A stretch of 32,000 bases of DNA from Haloplanus pelagicus (GCF_023703795.1 NZ_CP098519.1:92229-124228), one strand, 5' to 3'; positions 16,138 through 25,597 are shown, counted from the first letter of the stretch. Numbers and translations are program-made. Notes: generated by a model not told the origin, from the sequence alone.

Positions 16138-17205
16138 ATGCGACGATACCAATTCGATGACGTCGGCGAGATAGAATTCGTGGCGTCTGTCGCGCAAATC
16201 AATCGTTCTCAGCTTATCGATATCGTGGAGGACCTCGAGGAATACAACCTTGTAGAGTATGCTCTTGGTCGGATGATGTTTTGTCCGCTTACCTCCTCAG
16301 AGATTGCGGTTGATTATCTTGAATCGCTTTCATCGTCCTACGATCTCACATTCGCTTGTGATTCGGGAGGGTATGAGTCTCAAGTCAACGATGAATATAC
16401 GATGAAAGACATCTATACATTTGATCGAGAATACTACTTGTCGACAGACTGGCCTGACGAATTAGTTCTGCCCGACCAAGTGCCCGTAGAAGGAGACGAC
16501 GAGGCAACGATAGAGCAGAAGGTCCAGGACACAATCTCTCTCTCTCGAATGCTCTATAATGAACTACCAAGCGACAAGCAAGAGCGCGCAGTGCCAGTAA
16601 TCCAGGGGCATACTAAACAACAAATCGTTGAGTGTCTCGATGTTTATAGGAAGTTTGACAAAATAAATAAAATTGGGTTTGGGAGCTTTGGTACCGGAGG
16701 AGTAAATGGGGGTGTGAATTATTTGAATGAGGAGAATCTCGAACTACTACAATTCGTTGTGAAAGAGGCTCGGAAGTATGATCTAGACGTCCATGCATTC
16801 GGAATTGGCGGGCCAACTTCAATTCCTATCCTATATCAGTGTGGTGTTGATACGTTCGATTCGACTGGCTGGATACGATCTGGGGGTTATGGAAATATCT
16901 TTTTCCCATTTAAAAGTCGGCTTAATGTTACGCACCTTCGCAATCGGTCCGGTCCTACAGTCTTCCGAGAGGAATTGAGGGAAATAAAAGAGGAGACCGG
17001 ACATGAATGTCCGTACTGTCGGTCATTCGAATCCCTGCAAAACAGTCGTCAACATCGAATTTTACATAATCTTATTGTCATGCGTGAGATGACAGACATG
17101 ATCCTAGAATATTCGCTCGAAGAACTCATCGAGATGATGAATCCTAACTCAAAGTATACCGGCTACCTAAAGAAATTTACATCAACCGAGTCGGTCCGGA
17201 ACTGA
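16138..17205 (+). CDS. Queuine/archaeosine tRNA-ribosyltransferase (TGT) superfamily protein, short and PUA-less: DpdA-like candidate DNA-guanine transglycosylase
   Basis: CDSGGYES (D75 at 16360-16362) matches the TGT 'DSGGFQ' catalytic Asp. VPVIQG matches 'ivQGg', HAFGIGGP matches 'l.GvG.P', and GVDTFDS matches 'GvDmFDc' (second catalytic Asp). The zinc site GHECPYC...RILHNL is HxCxxC...HNL where canonical TGT has CxCxxC...HNL (17002-17067). At 355 aa it has no PUA or tRNA-binding extension. Confidence 0.82.
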   Translation: MRRYQFDDVGEIEFVASVAQINRSQLIDIVEDLEEYNLVEYALGRMMFCPLTSSEIAVDYLESLSSSYDLTFACDSGGYESQVNDEYTMKDIYTFDREYYLSTDWPDELVLPDQVPVEGDDEATIEQKVQDTISLSRMLYNELPSDKQERAVPVIQGHTKQQIVECLDVYRKFDKINKIGFGSFGTGGVNGGVNYLNEENLELLQFVVKEARKYDLDVHAFGIGGPTSIPILYQCGVDTFDSTGWIRSGGYGNIFFPFKSRLNVTHLRNRSGPTVFREELREIKEETGHECPYCRSFESLQNSRQHRILHNLIVMREMTDMILEYSLEELIEMMNPNSKYTGYLKKFTSTESVRN

Positions 17206-17252
17206 TTATCTAGAGGTAGATATTTGTTTGAGGTGTCTAATTGAATGACGAG

Positions 17253-18101
17253 ATGAGTCATTACACTTCAAAATTCCATATTAGTGACCCTGGCCCACAG
17301 GAGTTGTATGAATATTTGGATACTGTGGAGGCAACATCGCCATCATCGAATCCAGAACTTCTTGAATCGGCCAGAGACCTTGGCCACTCAATCGGGAGCA
17401 AGGAGAAATCTACAGAAGGTTCGGTGCTTGGCCGGCTCGGGATTGTAGATCCCACCGATCAATTTCAGTTTACTGAACTCGGTGACTCCCTGGTCGATAT
17501 CATGTATAGGGATCGGAACCTGTTTAATACGGTACTTCATTTTCTTTATTACTCTGCTTTTGAGAGATACCCAGACAGATATGTATTTATGTCGTATACA
17601 TACAGAGAGATGACCAACTATCTCTATGATAATTCCCCGTTTAGCACTTTTCGGGGAGAGCGTGGAACAATTGTTGGTGAAGTCACCGAATTAGCAGAAC
17701 AGAGTCCAGATGTCGACGTTTCCAAGACACGAAGCGGCGTGTCACTTAGTACAAAGAGTTTCAATAATTATCTGCAGTATCTTGCGGAACTATCCCCCGA
17801 GGTGCTAGTGGAGGATGACTCTGGGAGTCCCGGATTCGAGCGACGTGCGTTCTGCCCTCCGGAACTTATGATCTTGGCCGTGGATCATATCTATAAGCAA
17901 AACGAGACAGATTATGAGACGCTCCTCAGAGTGACAGATGATACCAAAGTTCGAATTCAACAGATGTGCCTCCTCTCTGATGATGGGTTCGATGAGGTAA
18001 CCGAGTACGCTGAACAGGCGTATCCATTCTTCTCAAAGAAACATGACTTTGGTCTCAACCTTCGATTAGACCGAGAAGTAACTCTTGATGACCTCCAATA
18101 G
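17253..18101 (+). CDS. Hypothetical protein (second gene of the island operon)
   Basis: The ORF-track start is TTG at 17241. The first ATG is at 17253 (MSHYTSKF...). No catalytic motif recognised. Its stop is followed within 1 nt by the next gene's ATG. Confidence 0.6.
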   Translation: MSHYTSKFHISDPGPQELYEYLDTVEATSPSSNPELLESARDLGHSIGSKEKSTEGSVLGRLGIVDPTDQFQFTELGDSLVDIMYRDRNLFNTVLHFLYYSAFERYPDRYVFMSYTYREMTNYLYDNSPFSTFRGERGTIVGEVTELAEQSPDVDVSKTRSGVSLSTKSFNNYLQYLAELSPEVLVEDDSGSPGFERRAFCPPELMILAVDHIYKQNETDYETLLRVTDDTKVRIQQMCLLSDDGFDEVTEYAEQAYPFFSKKHDFGLNLRLDREVTLDDLQ

Positions 18102-18102
18102 C

Positions 18103-18504
18103 ATGTCGTCACCTGTTGCAGAACTACTACAGAAATCTAATGAGGCAAAGCGGCGACTACAAGATGACCTCCTGACCGACGATCAGATCGCAGTACGCTC
18201 GAAACTTTTGGAATTTGCTGATCAGGACGGCGGTCATTACAACTTGTATGGAGCAAGAGGTGTTGGCAAGACCACGCTGGCTAAATATATGATGGTTCAT
18301 CAGAACGGGTGGGGATACGCTCCATGGCTACCCGTGAAAAATGCCTCAACACGAGTCCTCTTCGTCGATAATGTACCGGCAACCAGGACAGCGTCACGCA
18401 GAGCGCGTGAAATTATTGGATTTGACACTCCAGACACGGTGATTTCAGTTTCGCGCAAACCGGTTCCGGAAACAAAAGCGCGTGTTACACTCTCTGACAA
18501 CTGA
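18103..18504 (+). CDS. Small P-loop NTPase-like protein
   Basis: Walker A YGARGVGKTTLAKYM and a possible Walker B RVLFVDNV. The ORF-track start at 18085 overlaps the upstream gene by 17 nt. The in-frame ATG at 18103 lies 1 nt after the upstream TAG. Confidence 0.6.
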   Translation: MSSPVAELLQKSNEAKRRLQDDLLTDDQIAVRSKLLEFADQDGGHYNLYGARGVGKTTLAKYMMVHQNGWGYAPWLPVKNASTRVLFVDNVPATRTASRRAREIIGFDTPDTVISVSRKPVPETKARVTLSDN

Positions 18505-18591
18505 TACTTACAGGAGATATTCCCCTTCTCTACTCTCTGTCGATCATCCAATAATTTATTAACAGAGAAGTGCCAGAAGGGTATAGTTACT

Positions 18592-21500
18592 ATGGGACAG
18601 GCGAATGCGCAAAATATCGAGTCCTCTCTTCGAGAACTCAATGACACGCTGAACAAAGATGAGGGGATTGTCAATACATCAAGCGCTCACCGATTTTTAG
18701 ACCAGCCGAGCGATATCGAGACCGAATACATTGAGTACGCTCGGACTCACCTGATCCAGCCAGACATTCAACGGTTTATCGATTCGTTGACTGGAGCCCT
18801 CGAAGATGAAGATCTGAATAAATCTGTTCCTGGATACATTGTGGGCCCCTACGGGTTTGGGAAGACCAGTACAACGGGAAAAGTTTGGTACCTTCTTGAC
18901 CAGGAAGACAACTACATTACTACCCCTCCGATCTATTTCGATGAACTACAGTCAATTGTCGACGCCGTGTACGGATGGATGCGGTTCCGCTTGAGGGACC
19001 GAGAAGAGCATCTAGAAACCCTCGAACAGCGGTACCAGGCCAAAGTGACCAGTAACGTCGAAGATATTGTTGACCAAACTGGATTCGATGACAAAGATCA
19101 AACCCGGGAAGAGTTCGAGCGACTAATCGAGTCGGGATCGATTGATATCGAATTCTCGGTCCAACACGTTCTGGATTTCCTTTCTGAATGTAATCAGATC
19201 GCAAAAGACGCTGGGTACAAAGGCCTCGTCGTTATTGCCGACGAACTTCAGCAGTTCATATCCAGTCACTCGTCTGACAAAGAAGCATACTCTAAGCTAC
19301 GTGATATTGCAAAAAGCACAGCCCTCGGCCTGAACGAAGGCGACGGCTTGGGTCTTCTGTTCACCATGGACGATGGTCTCCACGGAGACCTGGACGTGAA
19401 TGCAGACGATGTTCTTGCGCGGTTAGCAGAACAGAACGTTCAACTCAACTTAGCGAATGTTTACAACCGAGATTTCCCGACTAAGCTGTGGGAAAGTCTG
19501 GCTGAAACTTACGGTTTCAAGGACAGACGCTACGAAGTAATTACCGAGGATACGCTAGACGCAATTGGTCAGATCTGTGAACGTGGACCTCCTCTTTCAA
19601 ACGGCCCTCGTTCAGTTGTGGACATTCTCACGATCGCTATCGAGCACTACCTCTCTGAGTCGGAGGCGTTTGATGCTCTTGACCTCGCCAATGCGTACTA
19701 TAATGGCGTTGTCCGATTCAAAGGAGACCACATCAAAACCGCAATCACAGAGGCGATTAATTCTGATCAAATAAGTACCCCCGATCGTGAGAATTTCATC
19801 AAGCTGTGTGGGGTATTCCCTCGAGGAGTCTCAGATGACCTACTGAAGCAGTATGGGGTTCACGAGGCGAAAGAACAGGTCAAAGGAGAACTTCACGGAC
19901 AGCTCATCATCACACACGAGGAAGGGCGCACGCTCAAACGTCTTGAGCGGGAAGGAGAGGATCGTGGGATCAAAGACGAACTGTTCACACAGTTCTATCG
20001 GGATTATGACACCACAGACATCTACGATTCGAACGCTTCTGAGACGTTCCGAGAATTTGTTGTTTCGGAAGAACTCTTCCCCGCTGTTCGAGGAAAGAGT
20101 CTGAGCAGCTGGGTTACCGAACACGCCTTTGAACCCGAAACTGGAGGAGTGTACGCGGCAGTCTTTCGTGGGTCATTCAACGGGCAAGAGTACCCTGAGC
20201 GGCTTATTGAAATCCGAATGGGCACGGATGCTACATCAGTTAAATCGCCCGATGAAGGCACAGATACTGACCTCACGATTGGCTTTGCCGTTAACATGGA
20301 GAAGCAGACTGAAGTCACCCCTCACATCGAACGGGTATCTACTGACGAGGTTCTTCTACATCTAGACTTAGCTGATTCTTTCGACAGCCTCCCGAGCAAT
20401 ATCGTTATGTTGGAAGATTACATGAGTCCGGAAGATGTCAGCCCCCATCTGCTGCTCTCCTTACATCACTTCATGCGTAATTGGGAGGAGAACCAAACAG
20501 TCAATCCCAACCAGGAGACACAGTTGGAATATATCCGTGACCAGTTAGTCACGCAAAGCATTCAGAAGGCGTTTGGCCCTCCCCTGAATGGGGACGACTT
20601 CCTCGATGAATCAGGGAGTAGTCGCCGGACCGTTGATCCGTCAAAGGTCGTCGAGAAAATCTTCAACCGTGTAATCGAAGAGGTCTATCCTGATTATAAA
20701 ACTCTCTTCATCTCGGACAATTACCAGACCTTCTTAGATGACTATGAATCTCTCCTAGTAGGAAACGATCCGAATATCCGGATCTCACAAAAGCGGGGTA
20801 ATACCCCAATTGAAGGGACAAAAAGCGATATTTCCAACGCGATCGGGGTATCTAGTAACTCGACAGCAAAAACACGTCTTGATAAACAATTTGAAGATCT
20901 CGTTGACACTGAAGTCTGGCAGGGCAAGGATGCCAGGGTTCGATTGACCCTTCATCCCCTTGAGGAACTTCTTAAAGACCATATCGAGGAGCAAGAGAAG
21001 GAAACTGTCGCCGTCAGTGAGTTATATGATGTAGCCGGGGAGAAAGGGTACCGGCAGGAAGAAGTTGACTGGGCAGTCCGCCTCCTTGTTGGTCGAGATT
21101 TCATCAAGCATGATCAAAACGATGAAACGGTCGAACTGAGCGACATTGCTATCGACATCGACCAAGTCAAATCTCGGCTGGAATCACTCCGAAACACGGC
21201 TGCGGAGCTCAACGAAATCTCGAACGAGTGGAGTGAGTATGACTCGATCACTAATGAGTTGAATCGCCTTGAGGAGGAACTCAGCGGAACGACGAATGAC
21301 GACATTGAGATACTCGATGATCTTAACGCCGAGCTAGAAGAGGTAGATTCGCAGATCTCGACGCAGATCAAGGCCACAAGTGCGACCCTTCGTGAACGTG
21401 CCCGAGGAACAATAGACAGACTCAAAGGACTTTCATCCAGCAACAAGCCTCGCGATCTGAAAAAGACTGTCGAGAAGTCTAATGTTCCGTTCGGCCTCCA

Positions 21501-22683
21501 TATCAAAGACATCGAGACTGAACTATCATCCAACTTTACAAAAGCAACTACAGAGGCCGACTCTGCCCGCTCAGATCTTGATACAGATCTCGAGATTGCA
21601 TCTGGCACGGCAGCTCTGAGTGAGATTAATACTCTACAGGACTCAATTGAGGAGGCGAAAGAAATCGCTGAGCAGGTTGATGAAGAATTAGAGGATATCA
21701 AAGAGGACGCGGCTGACTACGCGGATTGGTGTCGACTTGCAAATGACATGGACGCTGCTCGTTCGGATATTGTTCAGTATGCAAATACTCATCCTGACAA
21801 CAGTGCCGCGATGTCAATCAGGGATGAGCTTACCGCTCTGATGAGTGAGATTCAGACTGAGTTCCAGAAGGGCAGTGACCACGATGACTTCCCTCAGGCA
21901 CTGCGGAATGCCGAAATGTATCGGCAGCAGTTCGAAGACCTCAAAGACCAATTCGAGGAGATAACTCAGGGGGACGAAGAGAACTTCAATTACCGGAAGA
22001 ATGTGCTTGAGAACACGCTGAAGATTGGTACTTCCGGCCACCCAAGTATCAGACAAAACTTGAGTCCTAACAATGCTGAGAAGTCACGTAATGACCTCAA
22101 GCATGAGTTCCGCCGCCAGCTGGTTGAGAACAGCGATGGAATCGAAGATGTAAAGTCCGATATCAAATCGATTGAGACCAGCATTGAGTATGCTGAGTTG
22201 TTGAATCAGGTTCCGGATGAAGCTGACCCGACTCCGGCTGATATCCGCGATCAGATAGTCGATTTCGAATCTACTATTGAAGATATCCATCAGGCTGTCA
22301 GTCAAATGGATATCACTTCGGCTATCCGACTTCCGACTGAGGGTGGCCGTTCGAACTCGTTCCCCAACACCGATGAGAAATTGAGTCTCTCGATTGACAA
22401 CCGCGAGGTGAACGTCGGCGAACGAATCGACGAAATCCGAGATTCAATTGAGGCACTCCATCAAGACGTTCGTGAGTGGCGACAGGTTACTGAGACTCCC
22501 CCAGAAGATCTTGAATATATTATGGATGAACTGGACTATCGGGATCAGTCTGACTTGGAGAGCGTCCTAATTTCAGTCTCTGAAAAGAAAGGTGACACCG
22601 ACGTTGCAGAGTTCTTTGCCGATCTGGAAACCTTATTCGAGGGGAACCACATCACGGTCTCGATCAAAAGCGAACATAGGTAA
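18592..22683 (+). CDS. Large P-loop ATPase, BrxC/PglY-like (DUF499-type), with a long coiled-coil C-terminal half
   Basis: Walker A VGPYGFGKTS (18841-18867) and Walker B LVVIADELQQF (DE at 19240-19245). The size (1363 aa), N-terminal ATPase position and gene order immediately before a PglZ gene match BREX BrxC/PglY. Residues from about 845 to 1290 (about 21127-22460) are E/D/L/I-rich and heptad-like (…LRNTAAELNEISNEWSEYDSITNELNRLEEELS…). The family assignment is inference. The P-loop call is read directly from the sequence. Confidence 0.8.
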   Translation: MGQANAQNIESSLRELNDTLNKDEGIVNTSSAHRFLDQPSDIETEYIEYARTHLIQPDIQRFIDSLTGALEDEDLNKSVPGYIVGPYGFGKTSTTGKVWYLLDQEDNYITTPPIYFDELQSIVDAVYGWMRFRLRDREEHLETLEQRYQAKVTSNVEDIVDQTGFDDKDQTREEFERLIESGSIDIEFSVQHVLDFLSECNQIAKDAGYKGLVVIADELQQFISSHSSDKEAYSKLRDIAKSTALGLNEGDGLGLLFTMDDGLHGDLDVNADDVLARLAEQNVQLNLANVYNRDFPTKLWESLAETYGFKDRRYEVITEDTLDAIGQICERGPPLSNGPRSVVDILTIAIEHYLSESEAFDALDLANAYYNGVVRFKGDHIKTAITEAINSDQISTPDRENFIKLCGVFPRGVSDDLLKQYGVHEAKEQVKGELHGQLIITHEEGRTLKRLEREGEDRGIKDELFTQFYRDYDTTDIYDSNASETFREFVVSEELFPAVRGKSLSSWVTEHAFEPETGGVYAAVFRGSFNGQEYPERLIEIRMGTDATSVKSPDEGTDTDLTIGFAVNMEKQTEVTPHIERVSTDEVLLHLDLADSFDSLPSNIVMLEDYMSPEDVSPHLLLSLHHFMRNWEENQTVNPNQETQLEYIRDQLVTQSIQKAFGPPLNGDDFLDESGSSRRTVDPSKVVEKIFNRVIEEVYPDYKTLFISDNYQTFLDDYESLLVGNDPNIRISQKRGNTPIEGTKSDISNAIGVSSNSTAKTRLDKQFEDLVDTEVWQGKDARVRLTLHPLEELLKDHIEEQEKETVAVSELYDVAGEKGYRQEEVDWAVRLLVGRDFIKHDQNDETVELSDIAIDIDQVKSRLESLRNTAAELNEISNEWSEYDSITNELNRLEEELSGTTNDDIEILDDLNAELEEVDSQISTQIKATSATLRERARGTIDRLKGLSSSNKPRDLKKTVEKSNVPFGLHIKDIETELSSNFTKATTEADSARSDLDTDLEIASGTAALSEINTLQDSIEEAKEIAEQVDEELEDIKEDAADYADWCRLANDMDAARSDIVQYANTHPDNSAAMSIRDELTALMSEIQTEFQKGSDHDDFPQALRNAEMYRQQFEDLKDQFEEITQGDEENFNYRKNVLENTLKIGTSGHPSIRQNLSPNNAEKSRNDLKHEFRRQLVENSDGIEDVKSDIKSIETSIEYAELLNQVPDEADPTPADIRDQIVDFESTIEDIHQAVSQMDITSAIRLPTEGGRSNSFPNTDEKLSLSIDNREVNVGERIDEIRDSIEALHQDVREWRQVTETPPEDLEYIMDELDYRDQSDLESVLISVSEKKGDTDVAEFFADLETLFEGNHITVSIKSEHR

Positions 22684-22688
22684 CTCCC

Positions 22689-23864
22689 GTGTCTACCCGC
22701 ACTATTGAGTCACTGTCTGCCTTGGCTGAAGCGACACGTGACGGACCAGTTGTCGCAAATATCGGAGGGCTCGAGTCTCGAGTACTACAAAACAGGCATG
22801 GTATCGATACCCTTGAATCGCTTGAAGAGTTTTACCGCCTCTATGAGTCTCCGACTAATTTGTTTGAAACCGATGTGATCATTCGGGATCAGGGATCTAA
22901 GCCGTCCTTTGATAGGTCACTTACGCTCTACAACCCACCTTCGATAGAACAGGTCGAATACACTGGCACCGTGTACGATAGGTCGCTTAATGGACTCATA
23001 TCAGAAGGGTCGATTTCTTGGGACGATGTGGAGAGCACAACCACTTGTCAATCAGAGGTCGGCGATCTCATCACGGAGGCGGCATCTGATGTTGATGTTA
23101 TTGCGCTGGTTATTGTTGATGGCCTCTCCTATCAGGATTGGACAGACTCAGGCTATGAGGCAGAGCCAATCTATGTTGATTGCCCAACACGTACAGATTG
23201 TGGCTACCCAAATGTCGTCCGTGGGGCATCCAACGGGAAGCATCTCCAATATCGGCTTTTCAACGAGGGATATAAAACCCGGAAGGCGTTCACCTACTGG
23301 GAACGTAAGGATAACGACCTTTCTGACGAATTGCACGATGGTTTCTCCAAGAACGACGTAATCGGAAACATCCAGGACTTTGCTGATTCCATCTCATATT
23401 TACAGACCCACGATTGGTATCGACCGAAGACCTATCTCCAGTTCACTCTTACCGGTCCTGAACGTGTAGCGCACCGAATGAAGGAGGATCCTGTGATCCA
23501 GAGTGAGGTAGACGCAGTTCATCAAAAGTTGTCTGACCTCCGTGAAACAATCAGCAAAGAAACGGACTCATTCCGTATTTTCGCTGTTGCCGACCATGGT
23601 ATTCTCTGGCGGATGGATACTGACTTTGAGGCACTTGATGAAAAGTGGAAGCAGGGAATTCGTCGGGACTATGAAGACCCTCCAGCCAGCGCATCTGTTC
23701 CTGAGTCCGTTGGTGAAACATCCTTCTGGGCTGGTCAGCAATATCTCCGGCTTTATCACCCACACATATTCAATAACCTACGAAGTAACGAACCAGGAGT
23801 ACACGGTGGCTTTTCGTACCAAGAGTCCATTGTTCCGTTAATTGAATACGAGGATCTGAAATGA
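22689..23864 (+). CDS. pglZ: PglZ-domain (alkaline-phosphatase superfamily) protein, short form
   Basis: GTG start 5 nt after the upstream stop. VIALVIVDGLSYQDW (D144 at about 23118), FAVADHGILW (DH at about 23592) and the C-terminal GVHGGFSYQESIVPLI (about 23802) match the three metal-ligand and terminal motifs I associate with PglZ ('iDg(l/m)r', 'sDHG', 'HGG.s..E..vP'). At 391 aa it is shorter than typical BREX PglZ. Confidence 0.68.
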   Translation: MSTRTIESLSALAEATRDGPVVANIGGLESRVLQNRHGIDTLESLEEFYRLYESPTNLFETDVIIRDQGSKPSFDRSLTLYNPPSIEQVEYTGTVYDRSLNGLISEGSISWDDVESTTTCQSEVGDLITEAASDVDVIALVIVDGLSYQDWTDSGYEAEPIYVDCPTRTDCGYPNVVRGASNGKHLQYRLFNEGYKTRKAFTYWERKDNDLSDELHDGFSKNDVIGNIQDFADSISYLQTHDWYRPKTYLQFTLTGPERVAHRMKEDPVIQSEVDAVHQKLSDLRETISKETDSFRIFAVADHGILWRMDTDFEALDEKWKQGIRRDYEDPPASASVPESVGETSFWAGQQYLRLYHPHIFNNLRSNEPGVHGGFSYQESIVPLIEYEDLK

Positions 23865-25030
23865 CACAAGAAATATTCATTGGCGAGGAACGTGATAGCG
23901 GCGAGGAAACGCTTATTGACACTTCGAAGGCCCGTGCTCTCTTCGTTTGTGGGAAGCGAGGGACCGGCAAGAGCTATTCGTTGGGAAACGTCATCGAGGA
24001 GGTCAACCGAGAGATGCCCGACACAGTTCCCCTTGTTGTTGACCCGATGGGGATTTACTGGACGATGGCCGAACCAAATGACGAACAGCAAGATCTCCTC
24101 TGGGATTGGGGAATGCAGCCGACTGGGTTTGACACTACACTCCTCGTTCCGGGCGATCCAACAGAACGTTACGGACCTGAAGTCTACGATGAGATGATGC
24201 GCCGCGGTATCGAAATCGAGAGCCTGCGTCTCAATCCTTCTGACATTTCTCCCGATGGGTGGTGTGAACTCTTCGATCTCAATATAAACAAACCGATGGG
24301 TATTGCGTTGTACCGAGCTGTCCGTTCGCTAAACGAATCTCAAGACTTCTTTGACCTGGACGAGCTCATCGAAGAAGTTGAATACGACGAAAAAGCAAAC
24401 GAGCGGACTGTGGACGCTCTTGTCAATCGTCTGGAGATGGCACACGAATGGGGCATCTTTAGTGACTCATATACAGACATCTGGAACAATCTCGATCCTT
24501 CTCGGGTTAATATTCTCGACGTGAGTGTTCTCGACCCAGGGAAGTACGGTCTTCGTAATTTGGTCGTCTACGTACTGACAAAAAAAATATTTGATGAGCG
24601 ATCGAAAGCGCGCCGTCGAGAGGAACTACAGTTGTCCTCTGATATTCCGAAGGTCTGGCTATTCATCGATGAAGCACACAATTTTGCACCGTCCGGGTCG
24701 TCCTCGCTTGCGAAGGATATCTTGATTCGATGGATCAAGGAGGGACGTCAGCCGGGGCTGTCGCTCGGCATAGCAACTCAACAGCCAAGTGCTGTATCCT
24801 CAGATGTCGTGTCCCAAATGGACTTGATTTTCTGTCACAAAATCACTACTCGCACTGATATTCAGTCGCTGAACGAACTAAGTCAGGAGTACATGGGGAG
24901 TCAGCTGAAGACCTATATCAAGAAAATCGATAAAGTTGGTGAAGCAGTCTGCGTCGATGACGAAAGAGAAGTAGTAACGCAGGTTCAAATGCGACCACGT
25001 ATGAGTCAGCATGGTGGCAGCGGGGCATGA
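23861..25030 (+). CDS. HerA/FtsK-type (DUF87-like) ATPase
   Basis: Walker A FVCGKRGTGKSYS (23951-23974), Walker B VWLFIDEAHNFAP (DE at 24668-24673) and GIATQQPSAV, which fits the 'TQRP' motif of HerA/FtsK/VirB4 ATPases. ATGA overlap with the pglZ-like stop at 23861-23864. Confidence 0.82.
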   Translation: MTQEIFIGEERDSGEETLIDTSKARALFVCGKRGTGKSYSLGNVIEEVNREMPDTVPLVVDPMGIYWTMAEPNDEQQDLLWDWGMQPTGFDTTLLVPGDPTERYGPEVYDEMMRRGIEIESLRLNPSDISPDGWCELFDLNINKPMGIALYRAVRSLNESQDFFDLDELIEEVEYDEKANERTVDALVNRLEMAHEWGIFSDSYTDIWNNLDPSRVNILDVSVLDPGKYGLRNLVVYVLTKKIFDERSKARRREELQLSSDIPKVWLFIDEAHNFAPSGSSSLAKDILIRWIKEGRQPGLSLGIATQQPSAVSSDVVSQMDLIFCHKITTRTDIQSLNELSQEYMGSQLKTYIKKIDKVGEAVCVDDEREVVTQVQMRPRMSQHGGSGA

Positions 25031-25563
25031 CAACAAATATTCAACGATCAAACAATTCTACGGCAGTGCCAACTACAGTCGACCTCCAGATCTCTGACTT
25101 CCTTGTCAAATCAATTAGTAAAAGTGAGAGATCGGTATCAGAATTGAATTCTTTTTTTAATTCTAATCAGATCAAATCTGAACTCCATTGGTTCACTCAT
25201 CGGGACACCCTGGAACGTGCAGCGTCACGGCCTGACCGACGGTTGTTTTATTTTGCACCCCACGATGCGATCATCGGCGGACTCATGATTTGGTGTGAAT
25301 CGAGAGTGCTTGACCAAACGGAAGCACAAATACGCCTTGTTGCTGTTTCACCAGATTATCGAGGCTATGGAATCGGACAGTACTTAGTGAAAAAGGCTAT
25401 TGAATTTGCAAAAGAGCATAATAAGGAATCAATAATCGCGGACGTTGCAGCCGAAGCTCCCGCAGTACAATTCTGGGAGGCTATCGGGTTTCACAAAGTT
25501 GATTCGTACTTTACAAATGGTGGTCGAGAAATGTATCAGATGGAACGGCACCTGAGTAAGTGA
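25027..25563 (+). CDS. GNAT-family N-acyltransferase
   Basis: IRLVAVSPDYRGYGIGQYLVKKAIEFAKE is the acetyl-CoA-binding motif A (R-G-x-G-x-G/A). The downstream FWEAIGF matches motif B. ATGA overlap with the HerA-like stop at 25027-25030. Confidence 0.8.
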   Translation: MTTNIQRSNNSTAVPTTVDLQISDFLVKSISKSERSVSELNSFFNSNQIKSELHWFTHRDTLERAASRPDRRLFYFAPHDAIIGGLMIWCESRVLDQTEAQIRLVAVSPDYRGYGIGQYLVKKAIEFAKEHNKESIIADVAAEAPAVQFWEAIGFHKVDSYFTNGGREMYQMERHLSK

Positions 25564-25597
25564 GAGCGTTTATTAGAGGGGACCCATAGATTGTACT

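Noticed and set aside
18505-18591. Hairpin CTCTGT-N21-ACAGAG between the small P-loop gene and the large ATPase gene, as a terminator or attenuator
   Set aside because: The stem is only 6 bp, the loop is large, and no oligo-T tract follows. That is too weak to call.
21114-21701. 195-aa minus-strand ORF inside the large ATPase gene
   Set aside because: It is extremely Ser-rich and low in complexity. It is the antisense reading of the GAA/GAG/GAT-rich coiled-coil region.
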